Sequence record: MT446416.1 | Length of the DNA: 64,000 nt | Reading direction: 5' to 3' (one strand) | Shown: positions 1 through 9,166 of the stretch, piece by piece | How the letters are laid out: each line of letters starts with the position of its first letter | How positions within the stretch are numbered: the stretch's first letter is position 1 | The notes under the pieces: model-generated | Databases searched by the model: none | The model's input: only the letters and a program-made list of their open reading frames with translations | What the model was told of the DNA's origin: nothing | Position numbers and translations under genes: made by a program

Positions 1-1
1 A

Positions 2-1051
2 GAAGCTGAAGTAATTGACAATACCCTATCTGATGGTGATAAGGTTATGATATTCACAACTGATGGTGAAGATTATGTGAGATACCAAAACAATGCATGG
101 GAAACCATCTTGAGTGTATCAAAAATCAAAACTGACACCACACCAACCTTGTACACAGTAAGAAACACTGCGAACGGAACTGTAGAACTACTAGATAGTA
201 CTGGAGTTGTACTTCGTTATGATAACATCACTAAACAACAGAATGAACCAGCAATACCTCTAGCATTGAACATCGTTCGTATTAGAACCTTTGCTGATCC
301 AGAATTCTTGGTTGATGGTGTTAAGTTGTATGAAACAAATAGAAATTATGCTATCGACGCAATGAACTATGAAGTATTCTACGACACAACACTATACGGT
401 GGTTCTTATAATGATGGAATTACACCAGATGACGTTGATGTTTGGGTAGTGTCTAACGAGATATTTGAAGTTGATGGTGTTACCATTGATAACGGATATA
501 ACTTACCAATTACTGGTGCAGGTGTTCTTAGTGAGTTAGTGAGAACAAAAATGACTGATAGTGTGGAAATTAACGTGTTCGAGTATGATGTTGGTATTAT
601 TCAACCTGTACTGAATGCTGAAGGGGTATGGGAATATGCATATCCACTAGTTAGTGATACATATATTGGTGTAGTTGGTGGAACAGTAACTAACATTACT
701 GCTATCAGTGAAGAAAATGCTACTTATGTTTCACAACCAGATTCAGTTAGTCCATATAGTGTTACTAATAATGTTCTATCTGGTGCTGGTGCAAGTATGA
801 ATGATATTATTTCTCTTGGTTTTGAAAAAGTTGAAGTACGATTTGCAAATAACTTACTCCGTGGGGTAATGTATAGTGCAGAACACGACTTTAAAGAGAA
901 TGTGACATATTCATTTAATGGATTGAACTTAGGTAAAGTTAATTTACTAAAACGTTATAGTGTTAACAGTTATCCAATCGAACTATCGGTTTACTCCGAT
1001 AGTTTGCAAATAAGTGGTAATGACATTAAAAATCTATTAGAAGTTAAATAA
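2..1051 (+). CDS. 3' end of a large virion structural protein (5'-truncated by the window edge)
   Basis: Frame is open from base 2 (EAEVIDNTLSDGDKV) into the ORF-track ATG at 47, so the gene starts upstream of the window. Beta-rich V/T/N/Y composition like neighbouring virion proteins; ends at a terminator. Confidence 0.6.
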   Translation, partial: EAEVIDNTLSDGDKVMIFTTDGEDYVRYQNNAWETILSVSKIKTDTTPTLYTVRNTANGTVELLDSTGVVLRYDNITKQQNEPAIPLALNIVRIRTFADPEFLVDGVKLYETNRNYAIDAMNYEVFYDTTLYGGSYNDGITPDDVDVWVVSNEIFEVDGVTIDNGYNLPITGAGVLSELVRTKMTDSVEINVFEYDVGIIQPVLNAEGVWEYAYPLVSDTYIGVVGGTVTNITAISEENATYVSQPDSVSPYSVTNNVLSGAGASMNDIISLGFEKVEVRFANNLLRGVMYSAEHDFKENVTYSFNGLNLGKVNLLKRYSVNSYPIELSVYSDSLQISGNDIKNLLEVK

Positions 1052-1052
1052 C

Positions 1053-1085
1053 AAAAAGGAGAGCAAATGCTCTCCTTTTCTTTTT
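1053..1085. terminator. Bidirectional intrinsic terminator
   Basis: AAAAAGGAGAGC-AAAT-GCTCTCCTTTT with A/T tracts on both sides, between convergent genes. Confidence 0.9.
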
Positions 1086-3373
1086 TACGCAATAACTTTT
1101 TCTACTGCTTTAGTTCGTTTAGGTTTGATTGCCAATTTACCATCAATCACATCAAACGTTACGTTACCACCATTAACCAGAGAACCACACAACATCTCTT
1201 TAGCTAGTGGGACACGGATGTTTTGCTCAATAGTGCGTTTCATTGGACGTGCACCCATTCCAACTTTAACACCATTTGTTGCCAACCACTCACGAGCCGC
1301 TTTGGTCAGTGAAACTTTAACTTTGCGGTCTTTGATTTGTTCATTCAAACTTCCCATGAACTTATCAATGATGCTGTCAATCGCTTCGCTGCTTAGGTCT
1401 TTGAATGTCACAATACTATCGATACGGTTGATGAATTCAGGTGGCAAGAATGCTTTAATCGCTTTATCTTGTGCTGTATCACTACCGCTCATCCCAATAC
1501 TACGCTTGGTTGAATCTGCTGCACCAAGGTTAGTCGTCATAATAACAGTTACGTTATTGAAGTAAACAGTTTTACCTTGTGAACCAGTCAAACGTCCTTC
1601 GTCCAGAACCTGTAGGAAGGTTAGTAGTACTTTACGATCAGCTTTTTCGATTTCATCGAGCAACAGTACTGCATTCGGGAACTGCTCAATCTTGTCGAGT
1701 AGCAGACCGTTACCAGAATCGTGACCAACATAGCCTGGAGGTGAACCAATCAGTTTAGCAACAGTATGTTCCTGTGAAAACTCGGACATATCGAAACGAA
1801 TCAGTTCAGAACCAGTTGCATCAGCCAGTGCTTTGGTAATTTCAGTTTTACCAGTACCAGATGGCCCAACAAACATGAATGCACCTTGAACACTTGATTT
1901 ATCACGCAGACCAGCACGAGCTACCATCACGTTATCAACCAGTTTCTGTACTGCTTCTTCTTGACCGTATACACGAGAACGGAGTGCATCTGGTAGATTA
2001 CGCATACGTTCACTTTCAGTGCAAGCAACCACGTTAATATCTAGGTTTGCGATACCTGCAACAACTTCTTGAATCAGTGCAACAGTGATGATGTTATCAT
2101 CAGTTTCACGAGAACGTACTTTCGCTGCCGCCGCATCCATTAGGTCGATTGCTTTGTCAGGGAAGTGTTTGTTCTTCAGGAACTTATCACTTAGTGTAAT
2201 AACTGCATCCATTGCTTCAGTACTGAACTCTACGTTATGGAAAGTTTCATAAGTAGATTTCAAACCATTCACAATCGCACGGGTTTCATCAATTGATGGC
2301 TCAACTACATCAATTTTCATGAAACGACGAGTTAGTGCACTATCTTTTTCGATGTTTTTACGATATTCATCGTAAGTTGTTGCACCGATTACACGAATCT
2401 CACCACGAGATAGTGCAGGTTTGAGCATGTTGCTCATATCCATAGAACCGTTGCTTGCTGAACCAGCACCAACCATAATATGGATTTCATCGATGAACAC
2501 AATAGTGTTTTCACGTTTCTTCAGTTCTTTTAGTAGGTTATCGATACGTTCTTCGAACTCACCACGGTACTTAGTACCAGCAGTCAGTGCACCTACGTTC
2601 AGAGACAGAATTTCAACATCTTTAAGATGCTCTGGTACTTCACCATCAGCGATTGCCTGTGCTAGACCATCAATGATTTGAGTTTTACCAACACCAGCTT
2701 CACCAGTCAGGATGGCATTCTTCTTAGTCTTACGGGCCAGAGTTTCAATCAGTGCAGAAAGCTCTTTCTGGCGACCAATCATTGGGTCAAGTTTACCTTC
2801 TTTTGCAAGTGCTGTTAGGTTAGTGGTGTAATCTTCTAAACCTTTTTGTTTGGACGATGGTTGCTGTTGTGCCACTTTTTTCTCCCCAGTTGGCTCATCA
2901 CTAATGCTTTGAAGGTTGATTCCGTTGTCGATTGCTTCTACGTGCTTCTGTAGAGTTCGTGCTGCTTCAGTACAAGTGATACCCTCTTCACGCAATGCTG
3001 CTTCTAGTGCAGTATTTGGGAAGGACAAACACTCAAACAGTACAAAATAAGCATCAATTGAGAAATCATCACGTTTAAGTTGCTCAATTACTGATTTCTT
3101 AGAAAGTTCCTGAACTACACGGTTCACGAGAAGTGATGTGCGGTTCGCTTCATCACCATCAGCACTTTTAGGTGCATGTGGGAATGTTGTATTCTTCAGA
3201 TATGCAATCAAACGACCGTGTAGGTTGTCTGCATCGATGTTCATATCTTCAAATACTGCTTTGATGCTATCGATTGTCAGTACTGTAGCACTTAGATGGT
3301 CAATAGTCAAGAAGGTATGACCCAGAGAAGTTGCCAGTTCGTCGCTTTTTTTGAATAATTGGGTAAGATTCAT
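1085..3373 (-). CDS. clpA: ClpA-type Hsp100 AAA+ ATPase/unfoldase
   Basis: Two AAA modules: GEAGVGKT / VFIDEIH and GPSGTGKT / LLLDEIEK; KYRGEFEER pore loop, GSPPGYVG, GARPMKR. No long ClpB M-domain. Start placed at ATG 3373 after SD AGGAG. Confidence 0.9.
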   Translation of the reverse strand: MNLTQLFKKSDELATSLGHTFLTIDHLSATVLTIDSIKAVFEDMNIDADNLHGRLIAYLKNTTFPHAPKSADGDEANRTSLLVNRVVQELSKKSVIEQLKRDDFSIDAYFVLFECLSFPNTALEAALREEGITCTEAARTLQKHVEAIDNGINLQSISDEPTGEKKVAQQQPSSKQKGLEDYTTNLTALAKEGKLDPMIGRQKELSALIETLARKTKKNAILTGEAGVGKTQIIDGLAQAIADGEVPEHLKDVEILSLNVGALTAGTKYRGEFEERIDNLLKELKKRENTIVFIDEIHIMVGAGSASNGSMDMSNMLKPALSRGEIRVIGATTYDEYRKNIEKDSALTRRFMKIDVVEPSIDETRAIVNGLKSTYETFHNVEFSTEAMDAVITLSDKFLKNKHFPDKAIDLMDAAAAKVRSRETDDNIITVALIQEVVAGIANLDINVVACTESERMRNLPDALRSRVYGQEEAVQKLVDNVMVARAGLRDKSSVQGAFMFVGPSGTGKTEITKALADATGSELIRFDMSEFSQEHTVAKLIGSPPGYVGHDSGNGLLLDKIEQFPNAVLLLDEIEKADRKVLLTFLQVLDEGRLTGSQGKTVYFNNVTVIMTTNLGAADSTKRSIGMSGSDTAQDKAIKAFLPPEFINRIDSIVTFKDLSSEAIDSIIDKFMGSLNEQIKDRKVKVSLTKAAREWLATNGVKVGMGARPMKRTIEQNIRVPLAKEMLCGSLVNGGNVTFDVIDGKLAIKPKRTKAVEKVIA

Positions 3374-3411
3374 GTATTCTCCTAAATGAGTAGTCACTCT
3401 AATTAATAAAC

Positions 3412-3439
3412 ATTATATCACATTCTTTGCGTTTGTCAA
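3412..3439 (-). promoter_or_regulatory. sigma70-type promoter TTGACA-N16-TATAAT (extended -10) for clpA
   Basis: Minus strand TTGACA aacgcaaagaatgtga TATAAT. Confidence 0.8.
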
Positions 3440-3444
3440 CAAGG

Positions 3445-3450
3445 TAAATA
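3445..3450 (+). promoter_or_regulatory. T4-like late promoter core TAAATA
   Basis: TAAATA in the short intergenic gap ahead of the neck gene. The same core precedes structural genes at 9125(+), 9089(-), 13418(+), 19340(+), 34382(-), 35159(-), 35461(-), 38225(-), 42104(-) and 59780(-). It resembles T4 TATAAATA; the hexamer is common in AT-rich DNA, so position is the main support. Confidence 0.55.
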
Positions 3451-3481
3451 AAGATATACCCGATTTATTTTGGAGACAAAC

Positions 3482-4978
3482 ATGACATACAGAATGTGGA
3501 AAAAAGGTAGAACCAATGATTACAAGTTCATTGACTCTGCCATAGCAGAACAATACAACATCGGTGGTGTTGACATGTGGCTTTATGCCTATGTCGGACC
3601 AAAACAAGTCGCTGATAACACTGATTTATCATATGGCGGTGATTATTATGGTTCAGATAGTACCGTTGTGTCAAGCATTGGTGATTTAATTTTTGGTGAC
3701 ACTCCAAGTCGTAACTATAATCTCGAAGCTATCACCTTAAGTTGCGTCTACCAAGTCCAAGAAGCAACTCCTGACTTGAAAATCCCAGGATTGTTCTTCA
3801 ACTTTAACACTATGGACATCACAATTCATTATAACACAATGATTCAGCGTTTGGGAAGAAAAATTATGCCAGGTGACGTAATCGAACTCCCTAACTTACG
3901 TGATTTTGATGTACTTGGTAAAGATTCTGGTTTAAATCGCTTCTATGTAGTACAAGATGGGTTTAGAACATCAGAAGGTTACTCAGTTACATGGCAACAT
4001 CACATTTACAAACTCCGTGTTAAACCTCTTACTGATTCACCAGAGTATTCAGACCTTCTAGGTAACAATAACTACCCTGATGACCCAGATGAACCAAACA
4101 ACGGCAATGGTAATACTGATGATGGCTCTTCAGAGAACAGCAGCTATGGTAATGAAATGGACATTATGAACCGTATCATTATGCAAGCTGATGATGAAGT
4201 ACCATACATTCATTTTACTAACGAACACTTGTTCGATGACAGACCAGATACCGTTGATTTGTCTAAGTATATGCTAAATGGATACGAATTACCAGAGGAA
4301 CCAGCAAATAAAATGTATTTCCTCAAGAAAACTTACCCAGTACTGAAAGAACTATCTAATGATACATGGATTTCTGTAGAAGTCAAGCGTGGAACAATCT
4401 TTCCTCGCAAACCGATGGATGGTGACTTCTTCTTTAAAGAAAACGAGGCTGATGTCACTGGCTTCTCATTGTATCAATACGATAAATCTGCCAAAAAGTG
4501 GCTAAATTGTGATGTTGAGTATACTACAGAAAGCACACCACCACAAGGGGTTGATGATTTTTATATTGAATACAAAGAACCACACATTTATCAGTACTTA
4601 AATGGTAAATGGGGAGAACCAGAAGTAACTTACGTTAATGACCCATTCACTTCTAATAGTGTTTATGGAAATATCGATTCACAACAAGATTATCGTCCTA
4701 AGATTCCTCCAGCACGAGGTACAGTTCCTGAAGGTAATATGTTCCCAAGTGATGCAGTTGATGGTGATTACTACTATCGTACCGATTATACACCAGTAAC
4801 CCTATGGGAATACAGTGCATCCAAGAATTCTTGGGTGATTTTCGATTACGGTGGTAGAAAACCGTGGGAAGGTGCAGATCTTGCTCTAACAGAATTTGTT
4901 AATAGCCCGAACCGTGTACCATTACATGATGCAGTTAAACCTAATACAGCGTATCGTATACATAAGGATTCAGAATGA
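3482..4978 (+). CDS. Neck/head-closure protein (T4 gp14-like) with acidic linker and C-terminal extension
   Basis: N-terminal AEQYNIGGVDMWLY ... PGDVIELP ... YVVQDG ... YKLRVKP pattern resembles gp14; directly upstream of the gp15-like gene. ATG 3482 follows GGAG. Confidence 0.6.
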   Translation: MTYRMWKKGRTNDYKFIDSAIAEQYNIGGVDMWLYAYVGPKQVADNTDLSYGGDYYGSDSTVVSSIGDLIFGDTPSRNYNLEAITLSCVYQVQEATPDLKIPGLFFNFNTMDITIHYNTMIQRLGRKIMPGDVIELPNLRDFDVLGKDSGLNRFYVVQDGFRTSEGYSVTWQHHIYKLRVKPLTDSPEYSDLLGNNNYPDDPDEPNNGNGNTDDGSSENSSYGNEMDIMNRIIMQADDEVPYIHFTNEHLFDDRPDTVDLSKYMLNGYELPEEPANKMYFLKKTYPVLKELSNDTWISVEVKRGTIFPRKPMDGDFFFKENEADVTGFSLYQYDKSAKKWLNCDVEYTTESTPPQGVDDFYIEYKEPHIYQYLNGKWGEPEVTYVNDPFTSNSVYGNIDSQQDYRPKIPPARGTVPEGNMFPSDAVDGDYYYRTDYTPVTLWEYSASKNSWVIFDYGGRKPWEGADLALTEFVNSPNRVPLHDAVKPNTAYRIHKDSE

Positions 4979-6318
4979 AAATAGATTATTATTATGATGG
5001 TCAATTTCGTCGAGTACTGAAACATCTTATCAGAGTGTTTGGTGAATTTCAAGTACAAAATGGTGTTGATGCTGACGGAAAACCAAAATATAAGAAAGTT
5101 CCTTGCCGCTATGCAGATATTTCACGTATGGCAGCAGCAATTATTAATGGTAACAGTGAGAACGTGCTTCCAACAGCACCAATCATGACCATTAGTGTAA
5201 ACCAACTTAAACTAGATCGCAAGTCAGTTCGTTCAAACGCAAATGAAACATTAGTTATGGGGACTAACAAGTCCCCTGGAATTAACGAATATACTAAAGA
5301 CTTAGATAAACAGTATAAAGTAACTCGTCATAACCCAGTACCTTGGACATTTACGTTTGATGTTAATATTTGGGTTACACAAACACAAACTAAAATGGAA
5401 CTATTTGAGCAAATTTCAACATTGTTTGCTCCTAGTATTCAATTACAACTCTCCGAGAACCCACTGGATTGGACATCATTGAGTGATGTGGAGTTGATTG
5501 ACTGTCAATTTACTACTCGTGGTTTCCCACAAGGAACCGATAGTGATTTGGATATAATGGTATTGACATTTGAAACCACAATTTGGTTCTCTTTGCCAGC
5601 TATTGTTGAGAAACCAAAACTTATCCAACAAATCACCACCAATATTAAAGGTGCTCGTGATGAACTTGATTTTGAAATTGGTAATTACTCGGATATCATT
5701 ACTGATGTATTCACACCAAAGAACTTATGTATTAAAGTTGATGAAATAACAAACTCTGAACTTAATATCCCAGATACTTACCAACTCACTCTTGTTAGTC
5801 AATCACTATCAGAAACATCACCAAATGGTGGGATTTATTCATGGGAAAAATACCTTAAGTACTTGGACCCAGAATATGAAGACAAGACTGTAGGTATTAA
5901 ATTCCAACAAGCTATAGAAGAGGATAACCCACTAAAAGGACATATCTCTTCATTTGGGGAAGGGGCTGATTCTAACAAGATTGTAGTTCAGCTTGATAAT
6001 AGTAATTATACTGTTGATTATACAATACATGGATTCATTAGTAAAGACTCTTTGTTATATAACGCACTACCTGAACAATATTATGTAAATAATAGCATAC
6101 ATAACATCATTTACAAAGAGACTGAAATCCCAGCGAACTATTTGTTTAAAATTACCAATGATGGAGCAGAACTTATTGAGCCATCGCGAGTACACCACTA
6201 TGTTTATAATATGGAAGATAGTGGATATTATAGATATAATGACAAATTCAAATGGCATAAGAGTATTATGTCAGTATATCGTCAGGGATATTGGAAAATA
6301 ACTTTCACTGACAAATAA
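4975..6318 (+). CDS. Tail terminator / sheath stabiliser (T4 gp15-like)
   Basis: YYYDGQFRRVLKHLIRVFGEF ... KVPCRYA ... PVPWTFTFDVNIW ... EQISTLFAPS matches the gp15 pattern. Confidence 0.75.
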   Translation: MKIDYYYDGQFRRVLKHLIRVFGEFQVQNGVDADGKPKYKKVPCRYADISRMAAAIINGNSENVLPTAPIMTISVNQLKLDRKSVRSNANETLVMGTNKSPGINEYTKDLDKQYKVTRHNPVPWTFTFDVNIWVTQTQTKMELFEQISTLFAPSIQLQLSENPLDWTSLSDVELIDCQFTTRGFPQGTDSDLDIMVLTFETTIWFSLPAIVEKPKLIQQITTNIKGARDELDFEIGNYSDIITDVFTPKNLCIKVDEITNSELNIPDTYQLTLVSQSLSETSPNGGIYSWEKYLKYLDPEYEDKTVGIKFQQAIEEDNPLKGHISSFGEGADSNKIVVQLDNSNYTVDYTIHGFISKDSLLYNALPEQYYVNNSIHNIIYKETEIPANYLFKITNDGAELIEPSRVHHYVYNMEDSGYYRYNDKFKWHKSIMSVYRQGYWKITFTDK

Positions 6319-6330
6319 GGAGGTGTTGTT

Positions 6331-6795
6331 ATGAATGAAGCAGTAGGTGCTATATTTTTATCTAAAAGTACTGGACACATGATGTTAAACTTGAGATCAG
6401 AAAGAAGTACGTATTCTAACAACTGGGCATTTGTTGGTGGGAAGCTTGAGTATAATGAAACTCCGTTACAGGGTCTTATGCGTGAGATTAAAGAAGAGCT
6501 AGGTGATTCTATTCCAACGATAATAGATATTATACCATTTGATGTATTTTGTACGAAGAATGGTAAATTTAAATATTATTCATTTGTCATTGTAGTTGAA
6601 AATGAATTCGTACCTACTTTAAATCATGAGAGTTCTGGTTATGCATGGGTTAAGATTGGCTCATGGCCCAAACCATTACATCCTGGTGCAAAAAACACAT
6701 TACTTAACACAAATTTAATGAAGGATTTCTATTCATTGTGGGAAAGTATACGACAAGGTACACAGTTTGTCAACAGCTTACCATATCGATATTAA
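6331..6795 (+). CDS. Nudix hydrolase
   Basis: Nudix box GGKLEYNETPLQGLMREIKEELG. Confidence 0.9.
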   Translation: MNEAVGAIFLSKSTGHMMLNLRSERSTYSNNWAFVGGKLEYNETPLQGLMREIKEELGDSIPTIIDIIPFDVFCTKNGKFKYYSFVIVVENEFVPTLNHESSGYAWVKIGSWPKPLHPGAKNTLLNTNLMKDFYSLWESIRQGTQFVNSLPYRY

Positions 6796-6796
6796 T

Positions 6797-6828
6797 AAAA
6801 AAAGGAGCCAATGGCTCCTTTTTTCTTT
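6797..6828. terminator. Bidirectional intrinsic terminator
   Basis: AAAAAAAGGAGCC-AAT-GGCTCCTTTTTT between convergent genes. Confidence 0.9.
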
Positions 6829-7929
6829 TTATACCCCAATTAGTGGGATACCTGTTATATTAAGTAGAACAGATACTTGAAGCTTAACTGACTCACCTGC
6901 CGAAAGGTTGTTTACTATACCATCTACGCGGAACCCTAAGTTTTTATTAGAGTTAAGAGAGTTAATCACCCAGTTTTCGTAATCCGCTTTTGTAATACCA
7001 TTCGGATTTGGGAGAGTTGGGTCAACACCATTAATTACCATAGATACATCCCAATTAGGGCGACTACTTGTAATTACATCCTTGATTGATTCTAGTTGTG
7101 TAATGCGACGTGGGTCTGGAATCTGACTTGCACCAATTGAACCAGGAACAAATTTACCTTGGTTATCAACATAGAACTGACCTTTAATGAAAAATGTTTT
7201 TGAATTATACGGAAGAGAAACAATTTCACCTGATGAATCACTAACTTCACGAATCATAATTTTCAATTCATAAAAATAGTTACTACCAAATTCAAACACA
7301 CCAGTACCATTTGTGAATGTTGTCCAGTTATTTGAATCAACCTGTGAAGTACCACCCATATTGAAGTAAGCTAATGGCTTAGTACTGTTACTTTGTGTAA
7401 ATTCAATATATTTCTTACCTGTATCATAGTTGATATCAAGTAGTGTGGAGTACTCTTTATTTTCTGGACGAGATGTTTGAATTTCACGCCATTCTTTATT
7501 TTTCATTAGGACACGAAGGGAATCACCATTACTGGTAAGAACCATACGACCCATAATACTATTTTCACCATCTGGTACGGTGTTGAAAATTGAAATCATT
7601 GGGATAGATGCCCAGTCAGCTTCAGATGCAGTATCTACTGGCTGACGAGCATTATCAACTAATGCAAGAAGTAGTTCGCCAGTGTTGCCAGTATTTCTGT
7701 ACCAAATCTGACCATTAACGTTACCACGAGGTGCAGTTGCTCCACTGAAGTTCTCAACCAAGTGGAGGAAGTTTTCGTTCCATGCTTGACCGTAACCAAC
7801 TTTATTTCGACCTGCAAAGTTTAACGGTACTGGGTTACTACCAGGTTGGTTTGGTCCTAATATTACGTTATTTGGAATGGTAGCATAAACGCTACCATTA
7901 CTTCTATAAATTGTATAACTTACACTCAT
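6829..7929 (-). CDS. Putative baseplate/virion structural protein
   Basis: Late-promoter-driven operon; GRNKVGYGQAWNENFLHLVENF ... GQIWY motif typical of large-phage baseplate/fibre-attachment proteins. Confidence 0.5.
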   Translation of the reverse strand: MSVSYTIYRSNGSVYATIPNNVILGPNQPGSNPVPLNFAGRNKVGYGQAWNENFLHLVENFSGATAPRGNVNGQIWYRNTGNTGELLLALVDNARQPVDTASEADWASIPMISIFNTVPDGENSIMGRMVLTSNGDSLRVLMKNKEWREIQTSRPENKEYSTLLDINYDTGKKYIEFTQSNSTKPLAYFNMGGTSQVDSNNWTTFTNGTGVFEFGSNYFYELKIMIREVSDSSGEIVSLPYNSKTFFIKGQFYVDNQGKFVPGSIGASQIPDPRRITQLESIKDVITSSRPNWDVSMVINGVDPTLPNPNGITKADYENWVINSLNSNKNLGFRVDGIVNNLSAGESVKLQVSVLLNITGIPLIGV

Positions 7930-7941
7930 ATCATCACCTTA

Positions 7942-8550
7942 TTATTGTAGTTGGACACGAACTGTGTATTTGATTTGCAAAACACGGTTAGCACTTTTCT
8001 CAACTGGGTGAAAAATAATATGGGTAAGTGGAATACCGCTATCACCATTTGTATATAAACCCAATTCGTCAAATACATATGTCCCATCCATGCTAGTACC
8101 AGAGCTAACACCTTGGTCAGATGGCTCACCTAAACCTAATGTACAAATACAGACGATATCAGTGTAAGCTTGGCCTGGAATGTGAACAGTTGTAATGTTG
8201 TTATATTGTGAATCAATACCAGCAGAGATACGTGGGTTGATTTTTTTCAGATAAGTCTGAGAATATAGACCACCGAAAGAAGTAACGCGTGGTTTCTTGT
8301 ATGTGATACGACCAGTACTCAAAACTACTGTTCCACCATTACCAAAACGCATCTCACTAATAGATCCAATAGGAATACCAGTACTATCTTGATTATAAGC
8401 CAACGCATTAGCAATAGCAGTACTCATATTTTCAGGGTGAATTGCGTTTGATTTATCCAAAACGATTTTTTGGTTAGATGGATCAGTAACGTCAGTAATT
8501 AGTACATGACCCTTAACAAATAGTTTTGGTTGTTCTGTTTCTAATTTCAT
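7942..8550 (-). CDS. Putative baseplate/fibre-attachment structural protein
   Basis: ISEMRFGNGG ... FDELGLY ... LTHIIFHPVEK ... IKYTVRVQ, resembling fibre-anchor beta domains; structural context. Confidence 0.45.
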   Translation of the reverse strand: MKLETEQPKLFVKGHVLITDVTDPSNQKIVLDKSNAIHPENMSTAIANALAYNQDSTGIPIGSISEMRFGNGGTVVLSTGRITYKKPRVTSFGGLYSQTYLKKINPRISAGIDSQYNNITTVHIPGQAYTDIVCICTLGLGEPSDQGVSSGTSMDGTYVFDELGLYTNGDSGIPLTHIIFHPVEKSANRVLQIKYTVRVQLQ

Positions 8551-8559
8551 TTCTAATCC

Positions 8560-9057
8560 TTAGTAGTTAATTAAAATTTGTTCTAACTTACCAGCTAAAC
8601 TTTTTTGTACATCAGATGGATACTTGCTAATGTAATCACGGTCAATACCAACTTTCAGATAGGTAAAGTTTCCGGTTAAGGTTTCAGCGAATGTACCAGT
8701 TGTACCTTGTTCTCTAATAAGGTCACCACCATTTGGGTTAAGAATGACATTATCAGTAAATTCAAGATAGAAGTTGCAGCTTTCGGTAAATTTAATTGGG
8801 AACCAATCATCGTCCGATGGATTACTTGCCAGTGTAGCGAGTACGTAAATTCTACCAATGAAGTTACGTAGGGTAAAGGATATTGTATGTAATCCTGTAG
8901 TACTACCATAATAGCCGCCACTAGCTAATGATAATGTTTGTTCGTTCCAATGATAATCTAAGTTAGCAGGATACCAGCTATCTGATTCAGGAAATTCTTG
9001 CCATGAACCATCTTTAGTTTTTCTTTTGAAGAGGAAGTCTTTTGATCTTAATGCCAT
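8560..9057 (-). CDS. Hypothetical virion protein
   Basis: Clean ORF with SD (AAGGG), first gene after a TAAATA core. Confidence 0.5.
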   Translation of the reverse strand: MALRSKDFLFKRKTKDGSWQEFPESDSWYPANLDYHWNEQTLSLASGGYYGSTTGLHTISFTLRNFIGRIYVLATLASNPSDDDWFPIKFTESCNFYLEFTDNVILNPNGGDLIREQGTTGTFAETLTGNFTYLKVGIDRDYISKYPSDVQKSLAGKLEQILINY

Positions 9058-9166
9058 TGTTAAGCCCTTTTAGTAGTGAACTTTCATTTATTTATTAATG
9101 GCAACGAAATGTATTTTGTACTGATAAATATTGGTATATGACATTAACTCATACAAGGGAAATATT

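Noticed and set aside
47-49. ATG 47 as the start of the first gene
   Set aside because: The frame is open to the window edge and there is no SD; the gene begins upstream.
1085-3373. ClpB disaggregase call
   Set aside because: About 760 aa with no coiled-coil M-domain between the AAA modules, and an IG(M) loop, fits ClpA.
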